A stretch of 63,652 bases of DNA, filler included, from Octopus bimaculoides (GCF_001194135.2; 9 parts of 7 records of this genome joined end to end with filler, not necessarily neighbours in it); one strand, 5' to 3'. Positions 26,156 to 38,955 are shown, counted from the whole stretch's first letter. Notes: a model not told the origin generated them from the sequence alone. Translations and numbers: made by a program.

Positions 26156-27589
26156 CGCATATATATGTGTGTGTGTGTGTGTGTGTGTATATAATATTCT
26201 CTGCAAAAGATCCATTTTCGCAATTTGTTTTTGCCATTATGCTGAGAAGGGTAAAGACCCCCTTCGGTCACTGCCCTCCGAGGCACAAGTCTGGGCAGGA
26301 TTGTTTATGGAAGACTAGCAGTTGCCCGTGCATAGCAGGGGATATCGTTTGGAGAGCAATTTGGCTGTTATGTCTAGCCATGTTGAACAACTGTGTACAG
26401 AGTGGACATGGGTAACCATTTTTGAGAAGTGGGCCACATGAGATATGGTTCATTAAGCAGGCCACAGAACTGAAAAAATTAAATCTGAAGTAATTTTGCG
26501 TTGGCTGAGTCAAACAGGAAGTCCCACGGGCCACCTGCCGTTTGGCCATGGCTGATTATACCCCCCCCCCTGCTGTCAGTTTTGTGTGGGTTCTTGTGTG
26601 GAGATGTACTGTAGCTGGCATTNNNNNNNNNNNNNNNNNNNNNNNNNNNNNNNNNNNNNNNNNNNNNNNNNNNNNNNNNNNNNNNNNNNNNNNNNNNNNN
26701 NNNNNNNNNNNNNNNNNNNNNNNNNNNNNNNNNNNNNNNNNNNNNNNNNNNNNNNNNNNNNNNNNNNNNNNNNNNNNNNNNNNNNNNNNNNNNNNNNNNN
26801 NNNNNNNNNNNNNNNNNNNNNNNNNNNNNNNNNNNNNNNNNNNNNNNNNNNNNNNNNNNNNNNNNNNNNNNNNNNNNNNNNNNNNNNNNNNNNNNNNNNN
26901 NNNNNNNNNNNNNNNNNNNNNNNNNNNNNNNNNNNNNNNNNNNNNNNNNNNNNNNNNNNNNNNNNNNNNNNNNNNNNNNNNNNNNNNNNNNNNNNNNNNN
27001 NNNNNNNNNNNNNNNNNNNNNNNNNNNNNNNNNNNNNNNNNNNNNNNNNNNNNNNNNNNNNNNNNNNNNNNNNNNNNNNNNNNNNNNNNNNNNNNNNNNN
27101 NNNNNNNNNNNNNNNNNNNNNNNNNNNNNNNNNNNNNNNNNNNNNNNNNNNNNNNNNNNNNNNNNNNNNNNNNNNNNNNNNNNNNNNNNNNNNNNNNNNN
27201 NNNNNNNNNNNNNNNNNNNNNNNNNNNNNNNNNNNNNNNNNNNNNNNNNNNNNNNNNNNNNNNNNNNNNNNNNNNNNNNNNNNNNNNNNNNNNNNNNNNN
27301 NNNNNNNNNNNNNNNNNNNNNNNNNNNNNNNNNNNNNNNNNNNNNNNNNNNNNNNNNNNNNNNNNNNNNNNNNNNNNNNNNNNNNNNNNNNNNNNNNNNN
27401 NNNNNNNNNNNNNNNNNNNNNNNNNNNNNNNNNNNNNNNNNNNNNNNNNNNNNNNNNNNNNNNNNNNNNNNNNNNNNNNNNNNNNNNNNNNNNNNNNNNN
27501 NNNNNNNNNAAATTTTGATGAAAGATGTTGATTTAGATCACTTTAAAACAGGTAGTTTGTGTCACAGACATTCTGAGGTGGGTTGATAT

Positions 27590-28435
27590 CAAAAAACAAT
27601 AAGGTGTTGTTTGAGGGAGATTTGGCTGCTATTTCTACTAGTTCTAGCTATCACATAGAGGTTTCCTTTATTTGTTCATACATATATACATACGGCGTTA
27701 GGAAGGGCATCCAGCTGTAGAAACTCTGCCAAATCAGATTGGAGCCTGGTGTAGCCATCTGGTCTCACCAGTCCTCAGTCAAATCGTCCAACCCATGCTA
27801 GCATGGAAAGCGGACGTTAAACGATGATGATGGTGATGATCATGATGATAAGACAATAGGGTGTGATTTGGCTGCTATTTCTACATCTCCCTCATTGGCT
27901 CATACAAACATAAGACAGTAAGGTGGGATTTGAGAGAGATTTGGCTGCTATTTCTACCAGTTCTAGCTACTGTGTAGAGGTCTCCCTCATTGGCTCTTAC
28001 ATACATTTGACAGTAACGTGAGATTTGAGAAAAATTTGGCTTCTGTTTCTAACAGTTCTAGCTACTGTCTAGAGGTATTCATCATTGGCTCATACAAACA
28101 TAAGACAGTAAATTGATTTGAGAGAGATTTGGCTGATATTTCTACCAGTTCTAGCTACCATGTAGAGGTCTCCCTCATTGGCTCATACAAACATAAGACA
28201 GTAAGGTGTGATTTGAGAGAGATTTGGCTGCTATTTCTACCAGGTCTAGCTACCACGTAGAGGTTTCCCTCATTGGCTCATACATACATTTGACAGTAAG
28301 GTGTGATTTGAGAGAGATTTGGCTGCTATTTCTAACAGTTCTAGCTACCATGTAGAGGTCTCCCTCATTGGCTCATATAGACATATGACTATAAGTCTAT
28401 TTCTAACCCTTCTTTCATTTCAATATCTTATGTTA
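27590..28435 (+). repeat. About 95-bp minisatellite array 2 plus shared 3' flank
   Basis: GACAG(T) unit starts at 27914, 28009, 28104, 28197, 28292, with a GACTA variant at 28387. Confidence 0.92.
27694..27849 (+). mobile_element. SINE family C, 5'-truncated, inserted in minisatellite
   Basis: Matches tail of 13241-13600. Confidence 0.9.
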
Positions 28436-28535
28436 GAAAGATCTGGAAGCCAAATCATATGATGAGGATATTTCTGTTGGAATACCCTGCCTTTGTTTCA
28501 ATTAATTTTGAAATTAATTTAGAAATTATTAAAAT

Positions 28536-29100
28536 ACAAAGTGCATTCCAGAAGTTTTGAGACTTTTTCAGGAGAGACATCCATTTCAAAGAGGTACAGA
28601 ACTCTTATCTCCTTCAAAGCTCTTGTTGTAGTGTTCCAGTCATGCCATGAAGGCCCCATGGAAGTTTTCCAAAGTGAAGGTGTCCAGGACCCCATTTCAC
28701 TTTCTTAATGTCATCAAAACAACAGCCCCTAAGGTTCTCTCCTTCAGGCTGGGGAACAAAGAAAAGTCTCGGGAGGGCAAGGTCTGGACTGAGCGACAAT
28801 TTTGATGCCCAACTCTGTCAATTTGCTGGTTACCAGGATGGAATTGTGGAGTCTTGCATTGTCCTGGTGCAGGTACCACTGACCCGAGAGGAAGAGCTTT
28901 GGCCCTTTACAGTGAAATCTCTCTCTGAACCCTCTCGAAACTTCTACAAAGTATTCTTTGTTTTCCGTCTGGCCAGAAAGGACCCAGTGGATATAGATGG
29001 TGCCCTTACTACCAAAAAAGGGGTCATCATGAGCTTCCCAGTGGACTTGCTTTGCCTGGACTTTTGTGTCCGTGAAATCCAAATGCTCAGCTGATCTAAG
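28536..29100 (-). mobile_element. Mariner transposase 3' fossil
   Basis: FFGSKGTIYIHWVLSGQTENKEYFVEV..WYLHQDNARLH, DFSLFPSLKE; TIR-like end near 28536. Confidence 0.88.
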
Positions 29101-29334
29101 TTAATCCATGACCAGTCTGGAGTATTTAATAAGTTTCTATAATATTTTTACCCAGTTTAACACAAACCTTCATTGCACAGCAAGCTAAGTCAGTAAAATT
29201 TAGTAGGGTGTGTTCAAAATTCTGTTACAGCCATCTCCTTTTATCTGGAATAACAAAAGTTGGCAGGTCAGCTTATTAGATGTATAGTAATGATAGACTA
29301 AACTGCTTTTCCTGAAACAGTCTCAAAACCTCTG

Positions 29335-29475
29335 GAATGCTTCTCCTAACTTTGTCAGAATCATTAGCCTGCTTAGTGGCATTTCATCCATCTTTTTACA
29401 TTCCGAGTTCAAATTCCACCGAGGTCACCTTTTACCTTGCATCCTTTCAGGGTCGTAAAATTTCAGGCCTTCTGT
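29335..29475 (+). mobile_element. SINE family A, deleted copy
   Basis: GAGTTCAAATTCCACCGAGGTC body. Confidence 0.7.
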
Positions 29476-29592
29476 CATCATCATCATCATTATCATCGTT
29501 TAACGTCCGCTTTCCATGCTAGTATGGGTTAGACATAATGTCTATAATGGAAAGGATTCTTAATTAAACTGGTGTTTTAGAACGTAAGTTAA

Positions 29593-29932
29593 AACAAAAT
29601 GAGCACTCGGAGAGCGCAAACCTCCACTAAGGCAATACCAACGTCCTCTCAATGATTAGCCGGAGATGATTTTTAAAACGAGAATATCTGAAATAAACTT
29701 GACTGCTCTCACAAATGAGAATACTAAAAATAAACCCGACCACTCTCAAAAATTAAGTAAAAAAACGGGAAAAATAACCCAGAATCTTATCAGTTTGTGC
29801 CAGTCATTAGGCCAAACATCCCTGAAAATTTCATCCGAATCCAACCAACGGTTCTTGAGATATCTTGTCCACAGACAAACAAACAAACATGATTGCAAAC
29901 AATACCTCTGCCTTCGCTAAGGCGGAGGTAAT
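29593..29932 (+). mobile_element. Helentron/DINE-1-like non-autonomous element (HINE-like)
   Basis: 5' ACCTCCACTAAGGC, (CAAA)n, 3' hairpin ACCTCTGCCTT-CGCT-AAGGCGGAGGT; recurs at 56390-57266. Confidence 0.65.
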
Positions 29933-30070
29933 GACGAAATTTTGATGGAAGATTTCTATTCAGACCAGGAAGTTTATATCATAGAACCAAGGTTGGAGTG
30001 TTCAGTGAGTTTAATACCAAAAGGGTTTTAAGATCATTAGATGTAAGCCAGTCTTTTATGCATTTTGCAG

Positions 30071-30126
30071 AATGTCAGTATGCACCACCCTGCTGCAACA
30101 TAATGCAGTTATGTACGACTATATGA
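30071..30126 (+). CDS. Candidate 56-nt micro-exon
   Basis: tcttttatgcattttgcag acceptor, gtaagt donor; one open frame MSVCTTLLQHNAVMYDYM. Confidence 0.25.
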
Positions 30127-30559
30127 GTAAGTGATTAAGTTTTGGTATTTGTGGTTGTACCCTGGGGTACTATTCAAATACCAGCATCTCTCTTTGGTGA
30201 CATGGTAAAATATTCCATGCTTGGTGCTCCAATATCGTGGTGGATGGGCATGGCTTGACTCTTTGCAAGTGTCTAACCTGGAACGGAACCTTGAGTTTGA
30301 TGGGTCATAAACGAAAGGAACTTCAATGTACATTGGGTTTCCCCCCACCACCACCATCATTCCAAGCCAACGAGACCTCCATTGTGCTGTCAGTCAGTCT
30401 GTCTAGAAATAGCGTCCAAAATCACCCTCAAATCATTGTGTGATGTGTTCTGGATGAGGAGGGGGGGTCCTATGTGTAGGAAAAAGGTGGGGGTGGTCAG
30501 AACTGGAATGTCTTCGGTCATAGGTCTGCTGCATGATAAAGGTTGACCTGGAGCTAAAA

Positions 30560-30835
30560 ATAACTGCTACTACTACTACTACCATCACTAGTACGACTAC
30601 TATTGTTACCACTACTGCTGCTGCTACTACAACGACCACTAATATCAGTGGTACTGTTACTACAAACCTATCACCACCACTACAACTACTACTACCACCA
30701 CTTCTACTCCCACCACCACTATTACCACTGACACCACACTACTACTACCACTACCACCTCCACCACTACAACTACACCCACCACCACTATTACCACTGAC
30801 ACCACACTACTACTACCACTACTACTACAGACTAC
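30560..30835. repeat. (ACT/ACC)n triplet low-complexity tract
   Basis: Direct. Confidence 0.9.
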
Positions 30836-31179
30836 TTTGCTGAGTGTTTCTAATTCTTTTGTGAGCTGCTTGTGCATGGAAGTAGGGGTGGGAGTGTAAT
30901 ATGTGTATGAAGTGAGTACCCAGGGTGGACAGAGGGGTGGGTGGGTGGATGGATGGGTGTGACAGTTAATGAAAAGGTTAGATGAGGAAGATAAGTGAAG
31001 GGAGGGAGGGGGGAGGCACAAGTGGGAGGAGACTTTTCTTTTTCTCTTATTATTCTTACTGTTACACAATGTTCAGTGGTGGTGGTCATGATAATGACAA
31101 CTGCTAATGGCAGAGGCGATGGTGGTGGGGAAGGTGAGTCAATGGGAGGTGTTTGCCTTGTTTTTAAAACTATTGCATA

Positions 31180-31620
31180 ATATCGGTGATGGTGGTGGTG
31201 GTGGTGGCAGTGATGGTGATGGTGATGGTAGTGGTGGTGGTAGCAGTGTCGGTGATGATGATGTTTATGATGACAATGATGATGGTGGTGGTGGTGGTGG
31301 TGGCAGTGTCGGTGATGATGATGTTTATGATGACAATGATGGTGGTGGTGGTGATGATGACAATGATGGTGGTGGTGGTGGTGATGATGATACTGATAAT
31401 GGTGGTGGAAGTGTCGGTGATGGTAATGATGATGTTTATGATGACAATGGTGGTGGTGGTGGTGACGATGATACAGATAATGATAATGATGTTTATGATG
31501 ACAATGATGGTGATGCAGATAATTGTGGTGGGGGGTGGTAAGGCTAATGATGTCAGCAGTATTGATGGTGGTGGTTGTGTCAGTGGTTATAGATGTTGTG
31601 ATACTTATGGTGATGGTGAT
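31180..31620. repeat. (GGT/GAT)-based higher-order repeat
   Basis: About 60-bp unit containing GGCAGTGTCGGTGATGATGATGTTTATGATGACAAT. Confidence 0.85.
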
Positions 31621-31734
31621 GAAGTTGATACCATGTGATGAAATGTCATGTTATTTTCTCTCCATTTGGACAACTTTCAAGTTGATTTCCTGCATTTTCA
31701 TATTCCACCCTATGCTCTTTCATCTCTTTCTCTC

Positions 31735-32760
<1,026 letters not shown>

Positions 32761-32761
32761 T

Positions 32762-33415
32762 ATGTCATTTGACTGTGGCCTTGCTGGAGCACCACCTTTA
32801 ATCAAGTGAATTGGCCCTGGGACTTCTTCTTTGAAAGCCTAGTACTTATTCTATCGGTCCCTTTTGCCGAACCGCTAAGTTATGAGGATGTAAACACACC
32901 AGCATCGGTTGTCAAGTGATGTTGGGAGGACAAACAGACACACAAACTTATACACACACACACACACATACATATATATATCATCATCATCATCATCATT
33001 GTTTCACGTCCACTTTTCATGGGTTGGACAATTTGACTGAGGACTGGCAAGCCAGAAGGCTGCACCAGGCTCCAATCTGATCTGGCTGAGTTTCTACAGC
33101 TGGATGCCCTTCCTAACGCCAACCACTCCAAGAGTGTAGTGGGTGCTTTTACATGCCACCGGCACGAGGGCCAGTCACACGGTACTGGCAATGGTCATGC
33201 TCAAAAAGGTGTTTTTTATGTGCCACCCACACGGGAGTCAGTCCAGCAGCACTATATATATATGTATATACTTGTGTGTGTGTGTGTGTGACAGGCTTCT
33301 GATTTTCGTCTGCCAAATCCACCTGCAAGGCTTTGGTCAGCCCAGGGTTATAGCAGGAGTCACTTACCCAAGGTACCATGCAGTGGAACTGAACCCAAAA
33401 CAACATGGTTTTCCT
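32762..33415 (-). mobile_element. SINE family B halves (32762-32960, 33285-33415) flanking a family C copy (32981-33250)
   Basis: Family C sits in the central TA/CA tract of the B element; the two halves could be different copies. Confidence 0.75.
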
Positions 33416-33424
33416 GTCTTGCAA

Positions 33425-33605
33425 GTTACTTGGTAGCCTCACTTGTGCTGGTGCCACTTAGAAAGCACCCAGTGCACTCTGTAAAGTGGTTGACATCAGG
33501 AAGGGCATCGAGCCATAGAAACCATGTCAAAGAAGACACTAGAATTTGGCACAGTCCTATCATTTGCTGGATCCTGTCAAACCATCCAACCCATGCCAGC
33601 ATGGA
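33425..33605 (+). mobile_element. SINE family C-like, diverged
   Basis: CAGGAAGGGCATC core and CCAACCCATGCCAGCATGGAA tail. Confidence 0.75.
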
Positions 33606-33635
33606 AGACACACACACAAACACACACATATATAT

Positions 33636-34022
33636 GTTGTTGTTGGCACTCTGTCGCTTACGACGTCGAGGGTTCCAGTCGATCCGATCAACGGAACAGC
33701 CTGCTCGTGAAATTAACGTGCAAGTGGCTGAGCACTCCACAGACACGTGTACCCTTAACCTAGTTCTCAGGGATATTCAGCGTGACACAGAGTATGACAA
33801 GGCTGACCCTTTGAATTACAGGCACAACAGAAACAGGAAGTAAGAGTGAGAGAAAGTTGTGGTGAAAGAGTACAGCAGGGTTCGCTACCATCCCCTGCCA
33901 GAGCCTCGTGGAGCTTTAGGTGTTTTCGCTCAATAAACACTCACAACGCCCGGTCTGGGAATTGAAACCGCAATCCTATGACCGCGAGTCCGCTGCCCTA
34001 ACCACTGGTCCATTGCGCCTCC
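33636..34022 (-). mobile_element. tRNA-derived SINE family D, full length
   Basis: Minus head GGAGGCGCAATGG..AGTGGTTAGGGCAGCGGACTC; (CAA)n tail; near-identical to 47819-48210. Confidence 0.93.
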
Positions 34023-35074
34023 ACAATATATAATATTATTAGGAATTGTTAAAGAAAAATTGTTTAAATATTTTGTGTATCATAAAAGGTTAACCAATTT
34101 TACTGCATATAAATTTTAGCAACAAAATTTTACATAGACCCTGGTTGAGAATTAGTGAGATAGATGGATGGATGGACGGATGGATAGATAGATATGTTGA
34201 TTGATAGATAAATAGCTAGATTGATGGATGGATAGATACGTTGATTGATATGTAGATTGAAAGATTTCATAGATGGATAACTAGTTAGGGAGACAGTCAG
34301 ACAAACAGACTGATAACTAGATAGGTGGGTAGATAGATAGATAGATATGTAGATTGCTAGATAGCTATATTTGATAGATGGATACATAGATATGTAGATT
34401 GATAGCTAGCTAGCTAAATAGATGGATGGATAGATATATAGACTGCGAGATAGCGAGATTTGAAATATGGATAAATGGACACACTCACACATACAGAAAT
34501 GTAATATATTATTTATTTTCCTTAATTATTTTCCTATGCAGATTTCTCTATGGTATGGTTCATGTTTATTGATGTTCATTAACCAGGAAGTTTGGACCAA
34601 CTTGCACCCATCTGACCCCAAGCCCTACTCCTCTGTACATAATTCCCCACACCCACATAAACACAAACACACTCACATATAAAATACAGACCACATACTG
34701 GCAGAGCAGAGGGTCCAGTTTCAGCGGCTCCCTATTGCTGCTGTCTACTGGGGTCTCCTATATATGTATCTACACATATGTTATGTGTTAATATATTTGA
34801 ATTAAACCTCTTTCACCTGTAATGATCTTATGTTTCTTAATGATTCACTTGTTTATTATTGTTGCTGTTGTGTATGTTTTTTTTTTTAGCACTTGGTCAG
34901 CTCTGATCCAGATGTATCATGAAAGACATCCCAGCTGTGACCATCCTGTATTTTATTTACTCAAACACTTTATTTATGAATGCAGAATCTAATGTGTTCC
35001 ACGTTTTTTGCTGTTTAGTGCAAACTACAAAATTGATCTGGTTAAGTTGCAGACAACAGTCCACCTAAAATGGT

Positions 35075-35420
35075 GCATTGAACATAATATCGGTATATTA
35101 AGATGGTGTTTGGAGCATAACAAAAGACAAATATTTATTGGTGTATTAACATGGTGTTTCAAACATAACAAAAGAAATATATATTGGTATATTAACATAG
35201 TGTTTCAAACATAACAAATGACAAATATTGGAATATTAAGATGGTGTTTGGGACATAACAAAGGGCAAATATATATTGGGATATTAAGATGGTGTTTGGG
35301 ACATCACAAAAGACAAATATATATTGGGATATTAAGATGGTGTTTGAGACATAACAAAGGGCAAATATATATATTGATATATTAAGGTGGTATTTGGAAC
35401 ATAAGAAATGACAAATATAC
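35075..35420. repeat. About 48-bp minisatellite, about 7 copies
   Basis: ATATTAAGATGGTGTTTGGGACAT... period 48 (35281 to 35329). Confidence 0.9.
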
Positions 35421-35842
35421 CATAAAAACCCATGTAATTTACGCATTTTTTTTTTGCAACAATAAAATGAACTTTAGGGGTGTGTAAATTACATGAGTAG
35501 ATCGTTTCCAGAATTTTTGTTGATAAAAGATGTACAAACGTATGCATGGGTGACTGCTGATCTTCCATAAACAACCATGCCTGGACTTATGCCTCGGAGA
35601 GGAACTTTCTAGGTGCATTCCCATGGTCATTTATGACCAAAGGGGGGTCTTTTCTCTTACCCTGTGTTAAAGAAGAACTATATTCATTGAGGCCAGTGTT
35701 ACTGTTACTGGGTTTAATGGATATATTGTGAGGGAATGCACCCAGATCTGACCTGTGATTAACAAGGGTAGCTGGAAGCTGTTCTGCAGTGCTTGTATCA
35801 AACTGGCTGGTTATATTTTTAATGATTATTAACATTATTATT

Positions 35843-36272
35843 AAGGCAGCGAGCTGGCAGAATCGTTAGCACACTGGATGAAATGCCCATCACTATGTTC
35901 TGAGTTCAAATTCTGCCACGGTCAACTTTGCTTTTCATCCTTTCGGAGTTGATGAAATAAGTACCAGTGAAACACTGGGGTCAATGTAATCGATTAGTTT
36001 CCTCCCCGCAAAATTTCAGGCCTTTGTGCCTACAGTAGAAAGGATTGTTATTATTACAGTGGCAAACTGGCAGAATCATTAGCATGCTGGATGAAATGCT
36101 TAATGGTATTTTACCTATCACTATGTTCTGAGTTCAAATTCTGCCGAGGTCAACTTTACGTTTTCATCCTTTCAGGGTTGATGAAATAAGTACCAGTTGA
36201 GTAATGGGGTTGATGTAATAGACAGTTTCCCTTCCCCAAATTTCAGGCCTTGTGCCTCTAGTAGAAAGGATT
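35843..36272 (+). mobile_element. Two head-to-tail SINE family A copies
   Basis: 35843-36045 and 36057-36272. Confidence 0.9.
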
Positions 36273-36329
36273 ATGAATGAATGGCAGTTGTCTAAAGGGA
36301 ATTTGTCTCTAGGCTACTATGAGTCACAA

Positions 36330-37195
36330 ATCAAATTTGTGGCTGGTGCAAAGTTCCAGCCAGACCCAGGGTGATGTAGTGGTGGAACAGTGAAGCAGAC
36401 AGAGTTATAAAAGCAAAGGAAGAGAACCGGAAGAGTGGAACAGCAGAGATCTATACCAGGTAGCAAGAAAGAAGCCAGGTAACAGGTATATTTAGCTGGA
36501 GGGGAAGCAGGAAGGAAGGGAATTGCTGATGTTTAGTAGCATAAGGAGTTCTGGATTGTAAGACAGTGTGTCAAAGAAAATTGGGATGTTGGATAGAAGT
36601 GTGTTGAAATTAGGCGCAGGAGTGGCTGTGTGGTAAGTAGCTTGCTTACCAACCACATGGTTCTGGGTTCAGTCCCACTGCGTGGCACCTTGGGCAAATG
36701 TCTTCTACTATAGCCTCGGGCCGACCAAAGCCTTGTGAGTGGATTTGGTAGACGGAAACTGAAAGAAGCCCGTCGTATATATATATATGTATGTGTGTTT
36801 GCGTGTCTGTGTTTGTCCCCCCACCATTGCTTGACAACCAATGCTGGTGTGTTTACGTCCCCGTAACTTAGCGGTTCGGCAAAAGACACCGATAGAATAA
36901 GTACTAGGCTTACATAGAATAAGTCCTGGGGTCGATTTGCTCGACTAAGGGCGGTGCTCCAGCATGGCCGCAGTCAAATGACTGAAAAGAGTAAAAGAGA
37001 GTATACACTTGTACTTACAGATTCTGCTAAGAAAAAGGCATGGCAGCGCCCCTATGAGAGGCTGCTAAACATTAAGATTGTATGGAAAGAAAGTTCCTAA
37101 TGTGAACCCATGAGAGGGACCACCTATCCTTATGATAGATAAAGCAAATAAAGGGTATGAAGATAGAAAGCCCCTGGTCCTGCAGGAATTATCAA
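36330..37195 (+). mobile_element. RTE LINE ORF fossil interrupted by a SINE
   Basis: CGWCKVPARPRVM*WWNSEADRVIKAK before the SINE; AKKKAWQR, YERLLN and KAPGPAGII after it. Confidence 0.8.
36613..36999 (+). mobile_element. SINE family B (tRNA head, CORE-like box, microsatellite, tail), full length
   Basis: TGGCTGTGTGGT A-box, GGTTCAGTCCC B-box, CCTTGGGCAAATG box, tail GACTGAAAAGAGTAAAAGAG. Confidence 0.95.
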
Positions 37196-37548
37196 TCATC
37201 ATCATCATCGTTTAACGTCCGCTTTCCATGCTAGCATGGGTTGGACGATTTGACTGAGGACTGGTGAAACCGGATGGCTACACCAGGTTCCAATCTGATT
37301 TGGCAGAGTTTCTACAGCTGGATGCCCTTCCTAACGCCAACCACTCTGAGAGTGTAGTGGGTGCTTTTACGTGTCACCCGCACGAAGGTCAGTCAGGCGG
37401 TACTGGCAACGGCCACGCTCAAAATGGTGTATTTTATGTGCCACCCGCACAAGAGCCAGTCCAGGGGCACTGGCAACGATCTTGCTTGAAAATCCTACGA
37501 AGGCCAGTCAGGCGGTACTGGCAACGGCCACACTCAAACTGGTGTATT
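37196..37548 (-). mobile_element. SINE family C
   Basis: Reverse copy of 13241-13600; runs into gap. Confidence 0.92.
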
Positions 37549-37649
37549 TNNNNNNNNNNNNNNNNNNNNNNNNNNNNNNNNNNNNNNNNNNNNTTAATTA
37601 ATTAANNNNNNNNNNNNNNNNNNNNNNNNNNNNNNNNNNNNNNNNNNNN

Positions 37650-37744
<95 letters not shown>

Positions 37745-38024
37745 CACTATATACACGCAGTTTCATATCACAAACATAAATTTATATATTCCGCTGGTTA
37801 AACGATATCCCAACGACACAAGATGGTGCTATATACACGAGGGGAGCTCTACATACATGCCATATGTGCATAAATGCACGCATACTTGCATAGAGACGCG
37901 TGAACATACACACGCATGCTTATGTATGAAAATAGAAATACACTTACTTGTGGATGCATACTAACAGTTCGGCTTGCATACTTACAGACATACATATATG
38001 GACAAATGCATACAGGAACCGGTA

Positions 38025-38225
38025 TACGTACGAGTGGGCGCTGAAAAGTTCTTGGCCTCAAGGGTATCACGAACGGGTAGAAATGTTACCTGTACAGGAC
38101 AAGCAGAGCAAGCATTCTGAAGGCATGCAAACATTCATGATGGTATATATCTTTCGCGATTTGTCGCAGATTTAACGCATGATGGCAGCTCCTACAGCGG
38201 ATTTTCGTAAAATTGAAGCATGAAC
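38025..38225 (+). mobile_element. Mariner-like left end
   Basis: TACGAGTGGGCGCTGAAAAGTTCTTGGCCT TIR-like start. Confidence 0.45.
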
Positions 38226-38233
38226 AATCATGA

Positions 38234-38618
38234 ACATTATTTACATTTGACGGATATTTGTCCTCATCTTGTTTGCTGTTAACACAACGTTTCGGCTGAT
38301 ATACCCTCCAGCCTTCATCAGGTGTCTTGGGGTAATTTCAAACCTGGGTTCTCATTCTTGAGGTATTTTTCGATGTTATTGTTGTTATTATTATTATTAT
38401 TATTATTATTCAGGTCACTGCCTGGAATCGAACTCGGAATCTTGGGGTTAGTAGCCCGCGCTCTNNNNNNNNNNCGATGTTATTGTTGTTATTATTATTA
38501 TTATTATTATTCAGGTCACTGCCTGGAATCGAACTCGGAATCTTGGGGTTAGTAGCCCGCGCTCTTAACCACTACGCCATATGCCCGTGGACAAATATCC
38601 GTCACATGTAAATAATGT
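38234..38618 (-). mobile_element. tRNA-headed SINE-like element with hammerhead and inverted terminal copy (family H)
   Basis: A-box TGGCGTAGTGG, B-box GAGTTCGATTCC, (AAT)n, hammerhead, 29/30 inverted repeat; about 90 bp duplicated artefactually around a 10-N gap. Confidence 0.8.
38281..38326 (-). ncRNA. Minimal type I hammerhead ribozyme motif
   Basis: GACAC-CTGATGA-A-GGCTG(GAGGGTATAT)CAGCC-GAAACGTT-GTGTT; stems I and II pair; palindromic stem III. Confidence 0.78.
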
Positions 38619-38955
38619 ACACACACATATGCATCTACATACAAATTAACACATACATACACATGTACAAACACACTCATACACTTAACAATGCACACTA
38701 ACACACTCACATGTATACACACATAAACCTGCATACATGTATGCACAAACATGCATATTCCCATGTAGAATAAAATATACGGATACAGGCATGCATATAT
38801 ACAACACATATGATTACGACACTCGAAAAATTAAAATCGAATTAGACCCAGGTCGGATTTGAACCCAGGACTCAAGGCGACCGTAGTACTAACTACAACA
38901 ACGTGTTTTGTTAGACATCCACTCATTTCTGCCCTGCAGCGTACCTGGCAGTGAA

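Noticed and set aside
24035-28435. CRISPR-like array
   Set aside because: Whole units repeat with no unique spacers; eukaryotic context; no cas genes
33940-34022. tRNA genes (also 36613, 38514-38588, 13617, 48130-48210)
   Set aside because: A/B boxes present, but each continues into a multi-copy SINE body and lacks a complete acceptor stem
38374-38560. About 90-bp tandem duplication (also 43785-43910)
   Set aside because: Flanks a 10-N gap and differs only in microsatellite length; most likely overlapping contig ends
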